Below are positions 50,901-63,872 of a stretch of 64,000 bases of DNA, one piece after another. The notes beneath the pieces were generated by a model. That model saw only the letters and a program-made list of their open reading frames with translations. It was not told the origin of the DNA and searched no databases. Numbering within the stretch: position 1 is the stretch's first letter; every line of letters begins with the position of its first letter. This DNA comes from Podarcis pityusensis (lineage: Eukaryota), in the NCBI GenBank assembly GCA_964106645.2, contig OZ067041.1; one strand, 5' to 3'. Made by a program: the position numbers and the translations under genes.

Positions 50901-53900
50901 TACACCCTCTGTGCTGTGCAGGGCTGATGCTGGGACCTGTGCTTTTTAACTTTTTTTGTGAGGGTTGTGTGAGCAGTAAGGTTCCCAGGTTTGCTGTTGA
51001 TACGAAATTGTTCAGGGTGATTAAACTCCAGCGGGATTATGAGGAACTCCAAAGGGATCTGGTCAAAGGGGCTATCAAAATGGCAAATGCAATTCAACGC
51101 AAGGAAAAGTGATGTAAGGTAAAGGGACCCCTTACCATTAGGTCCAGTTGCGGACAACTCTGGGGTTGTGGCGCTCATCTTGCTTTATTGCAAATGCAAT
51201 ACAGCTCAAGGAAAAGTGATGTACTTTGGGGCAAAAGAAACCCCTAAAAAGTGGGGTCTGGACTGCTGTGGCCAACGCAGGAATGAGCTCATGGGGTCCC
51301 TTCCTGCTCAGGACCTTCTTGGTTGGTCACTGTGAGACCAGAAGGCTGACTAGATGGAGCCCCTTTGGCCTGATCCGGCTGCTGCCGGACTCCTTAGGTT
51401 CATCCTACTTGGCAGCTTCCATGGGTGCATCCCGGGTACCCTCCAGTTCACCTGCTCTGGGGAGCCCTGGTGAATTCTGTGAGGCACAGGTAAAGGGGTC
51501 TTCCTCCTGCTGCTGCCAGAAAGGGCTGCAGGAAGAAAGCCCTCAGCTTTTCCCTGGCGGCCTGTCAGCTGGGAGATCCAAGCCCTCATCCGCTGCTGCT
51601 GCTTCCCACTCTGCTCCCCCCCCCCCTTTGCAGCCAGCAGCCCCCTCTGTGGCAACCCTGTGGGCAAGGACTGGTTTGTTAGCCCACACAGGCAGCTCCA
51701 AGAGCAGGGGAAGAATGGGGAGCCCACAGGTGGCGATTCAGGGTGCTTTCCAAGTAGCATAAAGCAGAGGAGGAGTTTCCAAACTCCCATGAGATGTACT
51801 GGCAGGCTCTTGGCCTCGCTGCTGGACAGGGCAAGCACCTCCTTCACTCACCACAGGTATGTCTCTGCCTGGGTCCACTGAGCATAGGTCTGCCTGTAGA
51901 GCAGGACCCCATAGAGGGCGAGGAGGGGCAGCCGCTGCTCTGTGTCTAGGTTCTGGGTTCGCCCCTGCAGCCAGTAGTGGCTGCGTGCCAGGATGCCCTT
52001 CAGCTCCAGTGGCATATCGCAGAAGAGGGAGGTGGCACTGCGCTTCAGGAGTTCTGTTGGCACAGAAGAGAATCAACCACCACAGCAGAGGCCGGGAGGG
52101 ACAGTAAGGACAGCCGAGGCCATGAGAAGTTGCTCAGCTTCTGTTTCTCTTGCAGAGGCAGGTGGAAGGCCCTGTGGCAGAGCCAGCGGCACTGGGAGAG
52201 CCCAGATGACAATGAGCAAGAGGGAGCGGGTCCCTGGGAGAGAGAGAGATGCAAAGGGGGGCAGTGCGCCTCTTCCCCAAGGTGTAGGCAGGGTGTGGAG
52301 AAGCCCCTCTGGCTGTGCCCCCCTGCGGCATCAGCCTCCCTCCCTCCTCCCTGGCCTGGTACCTGGCATGGAAAGAGGGGCGTCAGCTGCAGTGATGAGC
52401 CACAGGCGGAACTTGGTGTGGATCTCGAGGCCTCCCCCTGGCACCTTGCCTGTGCAAAAAGAGGGCAAGGTGAGAGGGGCTTTGGCTGGGGGGAGGGAGA
52501 CGCCTCCCGCTGCTTCCATCCGCCTCACCTGAGGATTTCACCAACTGGTCCAGCAGCTGCAGCAAGTCGGGGTCCCAGTGCTCCTGGAGGTGGCAGTTGG
52601 TCAAGACCAGCCACTTGCCTCTCTTGCTGCAGATGGGCAGCGTCCGCCAAACCCGCTTGCAGGCATCTGGGGTGCCAAAGGAGATGACTACCACACTTCC
52701 CTGCAGGGGTGGGGCCTGGTTACTTGCTCTGTCCTCCCAGAGGGACCCAGCTGACACCTGCACCCATTGTCCCTCCCCCTCCTTGTGCCCCTCGTCTCAC
52801 CCCTCGTCCCCGCTGGGTGGCCATCTGCTGGATCCAGAGGAGCGGGTGCATGAAGCAGCCTGGGGAGCTGGCCGAGGGCGTATGGAAGATGATGGGCTTG
52901 TTGGCCCGGCTGTAGGAGTACGGGTAGGTGAGGGCCATTTCCTCGGTGAGAGACCAGCCCAGCGAGCAGGTGGTGAGGGCCGAGACCACGCTGCTCATGG
53001 CAGAGGGACACAAGATGCGCCACAGGATGGCGCGCTGGAAAGGCCTGAGGTGGGCGTGGCTGGGACACAGGGCCAGCCCCACCATGGTGGAGCGCAGGCG
53101 GAAGTACTCCTGCCACTGGGCGGCCTGCCCAGCCAGGGAGGCCTGCAGCCCCTGGAACCCAGGAACGTTCTCCAGCAAGCCGCACTCCTCCCAGGCCTCC
53201 GCGCTCACCCAGCTGGGGCAAGGCACCCCGGCCGGCGGCTGCAGAAGCTCCTTGGCCGCCGGCTCCCGCAGGCCCTGGCAGAAGGCCAGCCACTCCAGCG
53301 GGGTGATCTCCCCCGAGACCTTCAGCGTGGCCATGGCCCCCAGGAAGAGGTAGAGGAGGCGGTCCATCTCCCGCAGGCAGGGCACCGCCTCGGTGAGGCA
53401 GTGGTGGAGCACGGCCTTGCTGAGCTCCAGGAGGCGCGACTCCAGCGACTCCTGCTTGGTGGTCTCCTGCCGCTTGGTGGAGAGCAGCGCCTGGCGCACG
53501 TGGGCCATGCAGACGCTGCTGGGGAAGCTGTAGGAGGGGTGGAGGCGGCAGACCTGCTGCAGGGCCAGGTGCAGGGCCACGCCCAGGCGGGGCACCATCC
53601 GGTACTTGTTGCACAGCGCCGCCTGGTCCTGGTGCTGGGAGACCATGTGCTGGTGGGTGGCGTGCAGGGCCTGGATCTGCGTCTGCAGCAGCCGCACCAT
53701 CGGCATGAAGTTCTCCTCCTCCAGCAGAGAGCGCTGCGGCTGGGCAATCAGGGCCACCAGCTCCTCCTGCGGGGAACGGCCACGGGGCTGGGCTGAGCGG
53801 CCTCTCCACGGCCGCCCCACGGCCCCACGCCAAGCCACAGGAGCCCCTGCCTCCAGCTCCTCCTGTGGGGAACGGCCACGGGGCTGGGCTGAGCGGCCTC

Positions 53901-56900
53901 TCTACAGCCGCCCCACTGCCCCACGCCAAGCCACAGGAGCCCCTGCCTCCAGCTCCTCCTGTGGGGAACAGCCACGGGGCCGGGCTGAGCGGCCTCTCCA
54001 TGGCTGCCCCACACCAAGCCACAGGAGCCCCTGCCTCCAGCTCCTCCTGTGGGGAACGGCCACGGGGCTGGGCTGAGCGGCCTCTCCACGGCCGCCCCAC
54101 GGCCCCACGCCAAGCCACAGGAGCCCCTGCCTCCAGCTCCTCCTGTGGGGAACGGCCACGGGGCTGGGCTGAGCGGCCTCTCCACGGCCGCCCCACGGCC
54201 CCACGCCAAGCCACAGGAGCCCCTGCCTCCAGCTCCTCCTGCGGGGAAGGGCCACGGGGCTGGGCTGAGCGGCCTCTCCACGGCCGCCCCACGCCAAGCC
54301 ACAGGAGCCCCTGCCTCACTCACCTCCGTGGCCTCCAGCTTCCCCTCCAGCTGCAGGATCCCAAACTGCAAGGCCTGCTGGTTCTTCAGGATCTCCTTCC
54401 GCTCGGCCCGCAGGACCTCCACCAGCAGCAGCTCCTCCAGCGCCTCCTGGCTGAGGCTGAGGTCAATCACGTTCAGGCTCTTGAGAAGCTCGTGGTCCAC
54501 CTCTGCAAAGAGGAGCCAGGCGGGAGGCAGGGCCCAGCCGTCCCAGTCACCCGCCTGCCTGCCACTCTCCGCCGATGGCTGGCTGCGGGGTGGAGGCACC
54601 TTGGGCTCTTGTCCCCCCACACTTTGGGGAACCCAAGTAGGTTGCTGCCGTGCTTTGACAGTGCAGCTTCCAATACTGGGCGAGAGATCTGCTGACTCTA
54701 GCTTTGCTTCCACCCGCAGCAACTGGAAGTTTCCAAAGCCTCTCACCCTCTCTGAGAGGGGAGCCGAAGATGGCTCTCAGGGTGAGCAGCGAGTGGCTGA
54801 GCCGCCTCCACCCACCTCAGCTCCCTGGGGAGGGGTTCCACAGAGGAGAGCCAGGAGGGCACTTGGGCACCTCCCTTACCTGCAGCCAAAGCCTCCAGAG
54901 GCAGCTCAGTGCACAGGTAGAGGCGGAAGCAGGGGGGCACCTGCGCCAGGTCCTCCGTTGACTTTGAGTGGAGGGCACCTCCGAACGATTCCTTCTGCAT
55001 CAGCTCCTCGAGGGCTGGGCACCAGGGGACGTTCTTTTCAAAGTCCGTCAGCAACACAGGGGTGCCTGTGAGGAGGTGGGAGCCAAGCAGCACATTTGCC
55101 TGAGCTCACGGACGGCGCGGGCAGAGTACAGGGCTGCTGAAAGAGAACTGCACCCTCCCAGGGGGCTGCCAGCAGGGGCAGGGGCACCACCTTCCTCCGC
55201 TCACCAAGGCTGGCTGCTTTGCAGAGGTTCTGCTCCAGGTCTGGGTCTGTGAGCGACAGGACCTCCAGGTTGTCTTCCGCGATCTCTATGGAGCTGCCCT
55301 GCTCCACCATGTCCGGCACCAGGTCAGAGATGGCATAGACCTGAGAATCCGCTGTAAAGAGGGGTTGGATGAGAAGCTACCTGCAGGCAAGGCCATGTGC
55401 CTGACACCCCCCCCCCCGCACACCCCACTCACCCTCTTCCATGGCTCTGGAGGTCAGCAGCCAGAGATAGGCCTGCTTGTCGGGGTCCACCAGCAGAGGC
55501 CAGCGGTGAGCCTGCGTGTGGGTGCTGGAGAGCAGGATCATGCCCACCAGGCGGCTGCTGGGGACCTTGGGCTTGTGGACTCGATCCCAGAGTCGCTGCT
55601 CTGGAGGAGAGCTGAGCAGGGACGCCAGATGCAGGGGCTGTTGCACAGCCAGCAGCAGATCGCTGTGGGAGGCTGGGCCAGGGCAGGGCAGCTCCTTCTG
55701 CAGGAGCCGCCTCACGTCGTCCGGCCCGAGGGGCCCCCAGGCCCCGGCACACACCGCCTGCCACTTCTCCAGCAGCTCCTCCCGCCGCTGCGGAGGGAAT
55801 GGGCCCAGGTAGGAGAGGCTGGCTGCGGAGAGGAGGGCATCGCCATAGACAGTAGTGCGCTGGGATTCCAGGTTCTAGGAAGGAAAGCAGAGGCGCCAGA
55901 GGGCTGAGTCTGGGAGAACGGCACCCTCGCCTCGCAGGGCACGGGGGGGGGGGACATGGGTGGACAGCCGCCCACCCCTCTTACCCTTGTGACAGTTGTC
56001 CAGCTGGCCATGTGCTCGGCCACGGAGCTCTCGACGGTGGTGGCCTCCTCTTTGGCCTGCAGGGAGTGGGTGAGCTGGTGCATCAGCTTCTCCTGGCGCT
56101 CCTGCTTCTGCTTCAGCTCCTTGATGCGCAGCTGGGTGGCATCTCTCAGGTATTCCGAGTGCAGGCGCCGGTCGCCCAGCTCCACCTTCTCTGCGTTGAT
56201 CTGGGCATCGCAGTACTTTAGCCGTGCGATGGTCGGCTGCCAGTCGAGCAGGGCCCAGTGGTACCAGTAGGTGGCCGAGATCCACTGGAAGAGGGCGGCA
56301 GCAGCCTGACTGGCACTGGATATGCTGCTCTCCGAGATGCGCTCGTGAGTCACAGCCCGGCCCAGGGCCTCAAAGAGCTCTGTGGTGAGGCTGTCCTTGG
56401 GGTAGAAGACAAGATCCTGGAGGGGGAAGCAGAGGGAGGGAATGGGACCCTGGCCTGGCTTTTCCACCAAGGAATGAGGTGCAAGAAACACTAGGCTGCT
56501 TCTGTTCAAATGCCCCAAGCTAAAACAACCGGTTGCTTACCATGAAGATGGACCAAAGGGGAGCACCTTCTCCAGCAGTCCCAGAAGCACCCAGGGGCCT
56601 GAGGGGTCTTCCAGCCTGTCCACCTCGCCAGCTCCTGCACATGGCCTCTCCTCTGCCTGGCTGCCCTGCCCCTTTGGTCACAGAGCATGGGAGCCACTCC
56701 AGAGGTGCCCAGGCCTGTGCAGAAATGAGTTTTTTTGCCATTTCCCCTCCCATTCACCCAGTCTGGAGAGGCCCGTTTGGAGCTCTTCACAGTCTCTACT
56801 TGTTTTAACAACTCTGAACAGTTTAGTATTGTCCGCAGACTTGGCCACCCCACTGCTGAGCTCTAACTCTGAGTCGTTTGTGTGCAAGTTAAAAAGCTCG

Positions 56901-59900
56901 TGTCCCGATCCTGATCCTTGGGGCACTCCACATTACACATGTATTTGTTCAGAGAACAGACCATCTATTCTTACTCTTTGCTTCCTGTGATTTAACCAAT
57001 TCCATAGTCACAAGAGGACTTCTCCTCTTACTCCTTGACTGCTAAGCTTACTCAGGAGTCTTTGATGAGGGTCTATATCAAAAGCTTTTTGAAGCTTTAA
57101 GTGCATAATCTTGACCGGATGAGCCCAATCTATATACTCTCAGCTAGACTCTCAGCTCCTGTGGGCTTCTCTGTTCTTGGGTGCAGCCCTCCTTGAAAAC
57201 CAAACCATAGATATTAAACTCATCAAAAGAAATAAAGCAAATACCATGCAAGGAAGGAATTACTAACCAGAGATGTGTAAGCATTTATTGTTAACAATCA
57301 GTATGTATCAGAAAGCAACAGAATGAAAAGAAATTAAAGACAAAAATGGTTCAACAGAAGTGACTGAACCTAACAGATATATCCAAAATACAGTAAGAAA
57401 TGTTATTGGTCTCTCTCATTTTCTTGCAGAGGAGGGGGAAGAACTCTGTTGCAACAGAAATATAAAGATCTGCCTTGTTTTCACTGGATCCTGCCTCCAT
57501 CCACTCTCCTCTGGTTGATCATGGCTTGAGGGGACTCAAGAGTCCCTTGGAGGAGCAAAAGGCAAGCCCCACTTTTTCTACAACCCTTGAGGGATAATTT
57601 TATATATACAGTATAATGTTTTATTCCCTTAAGGATATTTCCCATGCTTTGTGAGGACTGCAGTGATGTGTTTGCAGTATCTCTGTTGTGCTCAATTACT
57701 TTCCTGTTCTCTTACTGCAGCTGATGGTTTCAGGTTTTATCCACTGGTAGTTCCATGCTAATCAAATCCACATTTGCTGTTTCGCTAGCCATGCCTCCCC
57801 ACCCCCTCCCAGGAGGAAACAGGCTGCTTTTGCCCCTCCCTTTGTCAAGGACTTGGCGCAGCTGGAACAGCCTTTTGGTCTAGGCTAGGGTCTCTCTCTC
57901 TCCCCAGGCGGGCTGGTCCAGAGGGGAAGCGGAGCCTTGAGGCTCTGGCTGCTGGGCCAGCCCCAAGAGCACAGGAGCCACAGGAAGGGCTCTGGGCCTC
58001 ACCTCATAGAAGTTGTCCCTGTTGAGGAGCAGCTTTGCATTCTCCCAGCCCGGCTCCTGCTCAAACATCAGGCAGAGGATGTCCGTCACCATGACCACAG
58101 TCTCTGGCGGCTGGCGATAGCTGCGCAGCTCCTCAATGTCCTGCACCCGGAGCATGGCCAGGGCCTCCTTGTAGTCCTTGTTCACCTGAGAAGAGAAGGG
58201 TCACTGGGATGAGGCGGGCAAGGGCCTTCAGGCTGGGCTCTCCTCACCTGCCCCCTCTGCCACACCTCCCCTCCAGATGGCAGCTGCAGGAGGGCTGGTG
58301 ACTGAGCAAGACCTTCCTCCCCCCCACGTGCCCCCATACCTTCCTCATGGCCAGCTCCCTCCCCTTCTCCAGAGCATCCCGCTCCTTGGTAAGAGCATCA
58401 ATACGCGCTTCATACAGCTCACACTCCTTCTCCTGCTGCTTCAGCACCTCCTGCTCCCGCTCCACCTCCCGCTGACTGCAGATCACTTGCTGCAAGGCAA
58501 GGAGGATGGGTGGGGTGAAAGGAGACCACCCTAAACCGCAGCAGTATCTCCAGAACACCTGGCTGCCGCTGGCTCAGGCCACATCCGGTCCAGCGACCAG
58601 TTCTCACTGTGGCCGGCTCTGGTGCGCCTTGTGGGAAGCGCACTGGCACGATGGGTGCCCAAGAGCCTCTCTCACACATAGTGGGGGGCAGCCTTCTCTG
58701 ATGAGGTGCATCTGCCTCAGTTAGCACTAACAGAGAAGTGGGAGTTTAAAATATCCCTGTTCAGCCTAGCACTGAGGAAAATTCACTGTTTTAAAAATCT
58801 GTGTATTGCTTTTGATTGTTTTGCTATTGTTTGCTGTCCTGGGCTCCTTTGAAAGGAAGCGGGGAGGGATAAATACCTAAGAAATGATCCACCACAACTT
58901 GGATTCTGGGCCCTCTGACACCAGAGAGACCACGGCCATCCTCACGGGAAGACACACCTCTCGACTCTGACCTTTGTCAGCTAAAGGATTTTGCTTTGTG
59001 GGACCCACCTTGCTTCTATATATTTAGATGCTTATATACCACCAATTCATACCATAAAATATAAATTAACATCAAAGTCACTAGCCAATCAAATTCAAGC
59101 AGTTGCATAGGCTAGTCTGCATAAAAGAAGTCTTCAAGAGACACTTGGAAATCCAAAGCCAGAGTGGCTCCCGCTGGAAGAGGGCTCCTCAGCTTGGGAC
59201 TGGCAGCGCTGAATGCCCGACTCCTCAGGGAGGCCTGCAAGACAGCAGACAACCAGCAGCACTCCTCCAGGTGACCTGCGATGGAGCTGGGACCCAAGGG
59301 CTCCTCGAGTTGTCAAGGGCTTCATATATTAACACGGGACCCTTCAACCTGACCCACGTGTGTGGGCAGACAGTGCAGATGCCCCTGTCAGCAGCCAGGA
59401 TGCGACCTTCAGTGCTAGCTGGAGCTTCTGGACCAAGCTCACAGGCAACACCTCATTGCAGTCGTCCAGCGTGTGGGCTGCGGTGGTTGGATCATCCCGA
59501 TTTGGCTGCAGCTAGCTGGTCAGAGGCATTCTTAGCCAGTTGCTGGAGCCTCTACCGAAAAAGGTACCCAGGAGTATCCCAAGCTATGTGTCGGCTCTTT
59601 CAGAGAGAGGGCAGCCCTGCCCAGAACAGGCAACTGATCGGTCTCCTGGGCATGAAAACCACCTTCCCACACAGCCTCTGTCTCCCCAAGATTCAAAACA
59701 CCCAACATGCTGTGAGACAGGTTTGCCTCTATGGTTTGTCCAAATCCACTTTCTATAGTTTCTAACCCTCCACAATAGAATGGGATAAAAGACGATTTCC
59801 CCTTTCTTCCTGATTCCATTCTGAATATCCAAATCTTATTTACAAGCCTTGCCCTGTTCCCAGCTTCCTTTCAAATCCCTCTTTCCTGCAGTTCCTTCTG

Positions 59901-60346
59901 CTCCAGTAAATTGGTCAGTGCAACTGAGCTGCCAGCCCAGAAGAGGCTGCTCTGATGGAGGAGACTCTATGGGCAGCCTCCCCTTGTGAAGACTTCCAGC
60001 TCTGCACAAAAAGGGGAAAGGCAGCCCTCAGCAGACGCCTTGTCTTGCTCTGCTGCTGGGGCAAAATGGGCTTCAGTTGCTTTGGAGGAGCAGCTCTTAA
60101 GCCTTTTGAACCAGGTCCTTCACTTGAATATGGCGCCCAGTGAGTTCCAGGTGCTTTAGAAATGTCAAGCCAGCTGGGAGCTGAGAGAGTTTCAAGCAGG
60201 CAGGCAGCAACTGAGTGGAGCAGGACTGGCCGGCCTCACTCACCTCCTTGATCTTCACCAGCTTCTGCTGCAGGAAGCGCACGTCCCGCGTGTGCTCCTG
60301 CTGCTTCTTGCTCACTTCCCCCATCTTGTGCAGGGCCATCTTCATC
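47939..60346 (-). CDS. DNHD1: Dynein heavy chain domain 1, 3' part (stalk to C-terminus); 5' exons lie beyond the window
   Basis: Exons (-): 60346-60244, 58489-58340, 58185-58003, 56416-55985, 55874-55433, 55351-55205, 55065-54880, 54502-54324, 53766-52801, 52700-52529, 52449-52363, 52053-51852, 49885-49794, 49692-49540, 49256-48529, 48421-47939. Dynein-like motifs DIEELRSYRQPP, GDALLSAASLSYLGPF, RWPLLVDPDKQA, GKWLVLTNCHL, FRLWLIT, LYGGHILD, GIYLSGL, YLCPVY; syntenic with RRP8/ILK as in human. Confidence 0.88.
50380..51230 (+). mobile_element. Decayed CR1 fragments plus a short Sauria SINE fragment (~51115-51190)
   Basis: LGPVLFN...FAVDTKLFRVIK...DYEELQRDL RT remnant; AAGGTAAAGGGACCCC...GGGGTTGTGGCGCTCATCT SINE end. 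Confidence 0.55.
53761..54317. repeat. Six-copy 96/88-bp GC-rich minisatellite filling a DNHD1 intron
   Basis: Units begin CTCCTCCTG at 53761, 53857, 53953, 54041, 54137 and 54233; nearly identical. Confidence 0.95.
56720..57120 (-). mobile_element. Decayed CR1 RT fragment
   Basis: Translation VPQGSGSG..LFNL..ND.EL..SSGVAKSADNTKLFRVV....DCEELQ is a degenerate CR1 RT core. Confidence 0.65.
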
Positions 60347-60778
60347 CTGCAAGTGGGGAAAGCACCCCATGAGGAGGCACACAGAGGGGGTCTGGGGCAC
60401 AGGACTCGGGGGTCCAATACCCACCCAGGTCTGTCAGTTAATCTGGTTGCCTGAAGTCCCTTCATAGGATGCCTAAGACAGATACGTGACGCCCTCTGAA
60501 CCAGGGATGCCTACAGAGAATGCAACTTGGGGGGCTACTTAAGTTCCTCTCAATGGGGTGAGGATGCAATCCTTAGTTCTTGGCTGATGGTCAGAAGGCA
60601 ACTCTTGCTTCCCTTCAAGGGCTCCTCTCCATCCCTCCTGCACCCATGAACAAAGGTCTTTCAGGTAAACTCACCTATCCTGTGAATCAAAGTCCTGCAA
60701 AATACTAACAGATGGACCTTCTCCATCACCCTACCTGGCCCTTTTTATTTATTAATGCATTTTTCAATTTACATCATG

Positions 60779-61201
60779 CAGTGGTACCTCGGGTTAAGTA
60801 CTTAATTCATTCCGGAGGTCCGTACTTAACCTGAAACTGTTCTTTTTTAAAAATGTTTTAAAGTTTTTATTGTTAAAATAATTCAACATTAATACACATA
60901 TATTACAAATATACAAGCATACAAACATACATTTCATACAACATTCCTACATACCTACAACATACCTACACTCAATCCCACAGATAATTCCTTTTCCCAT
61001 CACCATCCACCACCCCTCTGTTCTTAACCTGAAGCACCACTTTAGCTAATGGGGCCTCCTGCTGCTGCCGCGCCGCCGGAGCACGATTTCTGTTCTCATC
61101 CTGAAGCAAAGTTCTTAACCTGAAGCACTATTTCTGGGTTAGCGGAGTCTGTAACCTGAAGCGTATGTAACCTGAAGCATATGTAACCCGAGGTACCACT
61201 G
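60779..61201. mobile_element. Tc1/mariner (Tigger-like) MITE containing a nested retro-insertion
   Basis: Perfect TIRs CAGTGGTACCTCGGGTTA / TAACCCGAGGTACCACTG, TA on the right flank (TG on the left), internal TAACCTGAAGC repeats. Confidence 0.85.
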
Positions 61202-61658
61202 TACATTCATATTTACATCCTATCAAATCCTGTATGGACTTCCCAACCTATCTTTCCTTGATGCCCTCTTACACATTCTTATGTTTGTTATACCTCCATT
61301 TATTATCTACTCCAAAGGTTTTCAACCTTTGGGGGTCCACAGCTCCCTTGACCAACTCCCTTCTTCCTGCGGCCCCCCTGTGGGGCTCAGGAGCCCAGTT
61401 GTGCCCCCCCCCTTCCCTGTAGAGCTGGCAGCCTCTCACTCTTTTGGAACACCCTTCCTTGTGGAGTGTTCCCTCAGCCTCAACTGCCCCTGGTCTCTGA
61501 GCCACCCCCCACAACCCAAAGAGAGGTGCTTCCTCACACTGCCCCACAAGGGCCTTACTGGCCCATCGGAGACAGGCCAAAGCTGAATGGGAGGCCAGCA
61601 CCTTACCTTGGGAGGCAGCAGTGGCAGCGGCAAACACAAGAAAGGCCAGCACAGCGCA

Positions 61659-61918
61659 TGTGAAATATACTCGGAGTCGAGAGTGGATTTCATGCTCTTT
61701 ATTCAGCTCATAGTGGTGAGGAGGAATGCAAGTTCCCCTAAAATATCTGCTTTATATACATTATTTACTCAATGGGCTGCATGTGATTGGCTAATTCCGG
61801 GATTCTCCTGTAGGCCAATCAGGTTGTGGATTCACTTCCACCTGGAGCTGGATTGGGTGGCCCCTGCAGACCAATCATACTGCTGCATTTTGGATCCTAT
61901 TCAACTCAGTATATGACA
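61659..61918 (-). mobile_element. Probable solo LTR
   Basis: TG...CA ends with imperfect inverted termini (TGTGAAATATACT / AGTATATGACA); on the minus strand, CCAAT boxes, TATATAAA, then AATAAA in order. No clean TSD. Confidence 0.55.
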
Positions 61919-61995
61919 GCCTGCCTGGCTGGCCTCCCACTTGTCTGTCCATTCCCAACAACATGGGCTGGCGGGATGGGCTCCTTCACCCACTT

Positions 61996-63872
61996 AGAAT
62001 CATAGAATCATAGAGTTGGAAGAGACCACAAGGGCCATCGAGTCCAACCCCCTGCCAAGCAGGAAACACCATCAGAGCACTCCTGACATATGGTTGTCAA
62101 GCCTCTGCTTAAAGACCTCCAAAGAAGGAGACTCCACCACACTCCTTGGCAGCAAATTCCACTGTCGAACAGCTCTTACTGTCAGGAAGTTCTTCCTAAG
62201 GTTTAGGTGGAATCTTCTTTCTTGTAGTTTGGATCCATTGCTCCGTGTCCGCTTCTCTGGAGCAGCAGAAAACAACCTTTCTCCCTCCTCTATGTGACAT
62301 CCTTTTATATATTTGAACATGGCTATCATATCACCCCTTAACCTCCTCTTCTCCAGGCTAAACATGCCCAGCTCCCTTAACCGTTCCTCATAAGGCATCG
62401 TTTCCAGGCCTTTGACCATTTTGGTTGCCCTCCTCTGGACACGTTCCAGTTTGTCAGTGTCCTTCTTGAACTGTGGTGCCCAGAACTGGACACAGTACTC
62501 CAGGTGAGGTCTGACCAGAGCAGAAGACAGTGGCACTAATACTTCCCTTGATCTAGATGCTATACTCCTATTGATGCAGCCCAGAATTGCATTGGCTTTT
62601 TTAGCTGCCGCGTCACACTCTTGGCTCATGTCAAGTTTGTGGTCAACCAAGACTCCTAGAACCTTTTCACATGTACTGCTCTCAAGCCAGGTGTCACCCA
62701 TCTTGTATTTGTGCCTCTCATTTTTTTTGCCCAAGTGCAATACTTTACATTTCTCCCTGTTAAAATTCATCTTGTTTGTTTTGGCTCAGTTCTCTAATCT
62801 GTCAAGGTCGTTTTGAAGTGTGATCCTGTCCTCTGGGGTGTTAGCCACCCCTCCCAGTTTGGTGTCATCTGCAAATTTGATCAGGATGCCCTAGAGTCCA
62901 TCATCCAAGTCGTTGATAAAGATGTTGAATAAGACCGGGCCCAAGACAGAACCCTGTGGCACCCCACTAGTCACTCTTCTCCAGGATGAAGAGGAACCAT
63001 TGATGAGCACCCTTTGGGTTCGGTCAGTCAGCCAGTTACAAATCCACTGAGTGGTAGCATAGTCAAGACCGCATTTTACCAGCTTCTTTACAAGAATATC
63101 ATGGGGCACCTTGTCAAATGCCTTGCTGAAATCAAGGTAGGCTACATCCACTGCGTTCCCTTCATCTACCAAGCTTGTAATTCTGTCAAAAAACAGAATT
63201 TGCTACGAACATACCCATAAAAGCCTTTTTTGTTGCTTTTAACCTCTCTAGCAAGCCTGAGTTCATTCTGTGCTTTAGCTTTTCTGACTTTGTGTCTTCA
63301 CGTGCTGGCTATTTGTTTGAATTCCTCTTTGGTGGTTTCCCCCCTTTTCCATTTTTTGTACACATCCTTTTTTAATCTTAACTCAGTTAAAAGTTCTTTA
63401 GATAGCCACCCTGGCTTCTTTAGGCACCTTCCATGTTTCCGTCTCATTGGTATTGCCTGAAGTTGTGCTTTTACTATCTCCCTCTTAACAAACTCCCAGC
63501 CATCATGAACTCCCTTTCCTTTTAGTATTACTGTCCATGGGATCTCACCCAGCAGTTCCCTAAGTTTTATGAAGTCGGCTTTCTTAAAGTCAAGAAATTG
63601 AGTCCTAGTATGCTTGGCTGCTCCTTTCCGCTGTATAGTAAACTTCAGAAGAGCATGATCACTTGCGCCTAATGATCCTTCCACTTCTACCCCACTAACC
63701 AGGTCATCAACATTGGTTAGGACCAGATCTAAAATGGCTGTTCCTCTTGTTGCTTCTCCCACTTTCTGGACAATGAAGTTGTCTGCAAGGCCAGTGAGGA
63801 ATCTGTTTGACCTTATGCTCTTGGCTGAGTTTGACATCCAACAAATATCCAGGTAATTGAAGTCCCCCATTA
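61996..63872 (-). mobile_element. CR1 LINE, fairly young but defective (ORF2 fragments)
   Basis: (ATTCTATG)n tail at ~61996-62014; endonuclease end (MGDFN..., SDH), RT ([39 protein letters not shown]) and C-terminal ORF 62770-62072; in-frame TAG at 62893-62891 and an internal deletion near 63200. Confidence 0.93.

Noticed and set aside
53761-54317. CRISPR-like array, or coding repeat in the 543-aa and 332-aa ORFs
   Set aside because: Eukaryotic head-to-tail repeat without unique spacers; the ORFs result from GC-rich 96-bp periodicity inside an intron.
62072-62770. 232-aa ORF as a host gene
   Set aside because: It is the C-terminus of CR1 ORF2.
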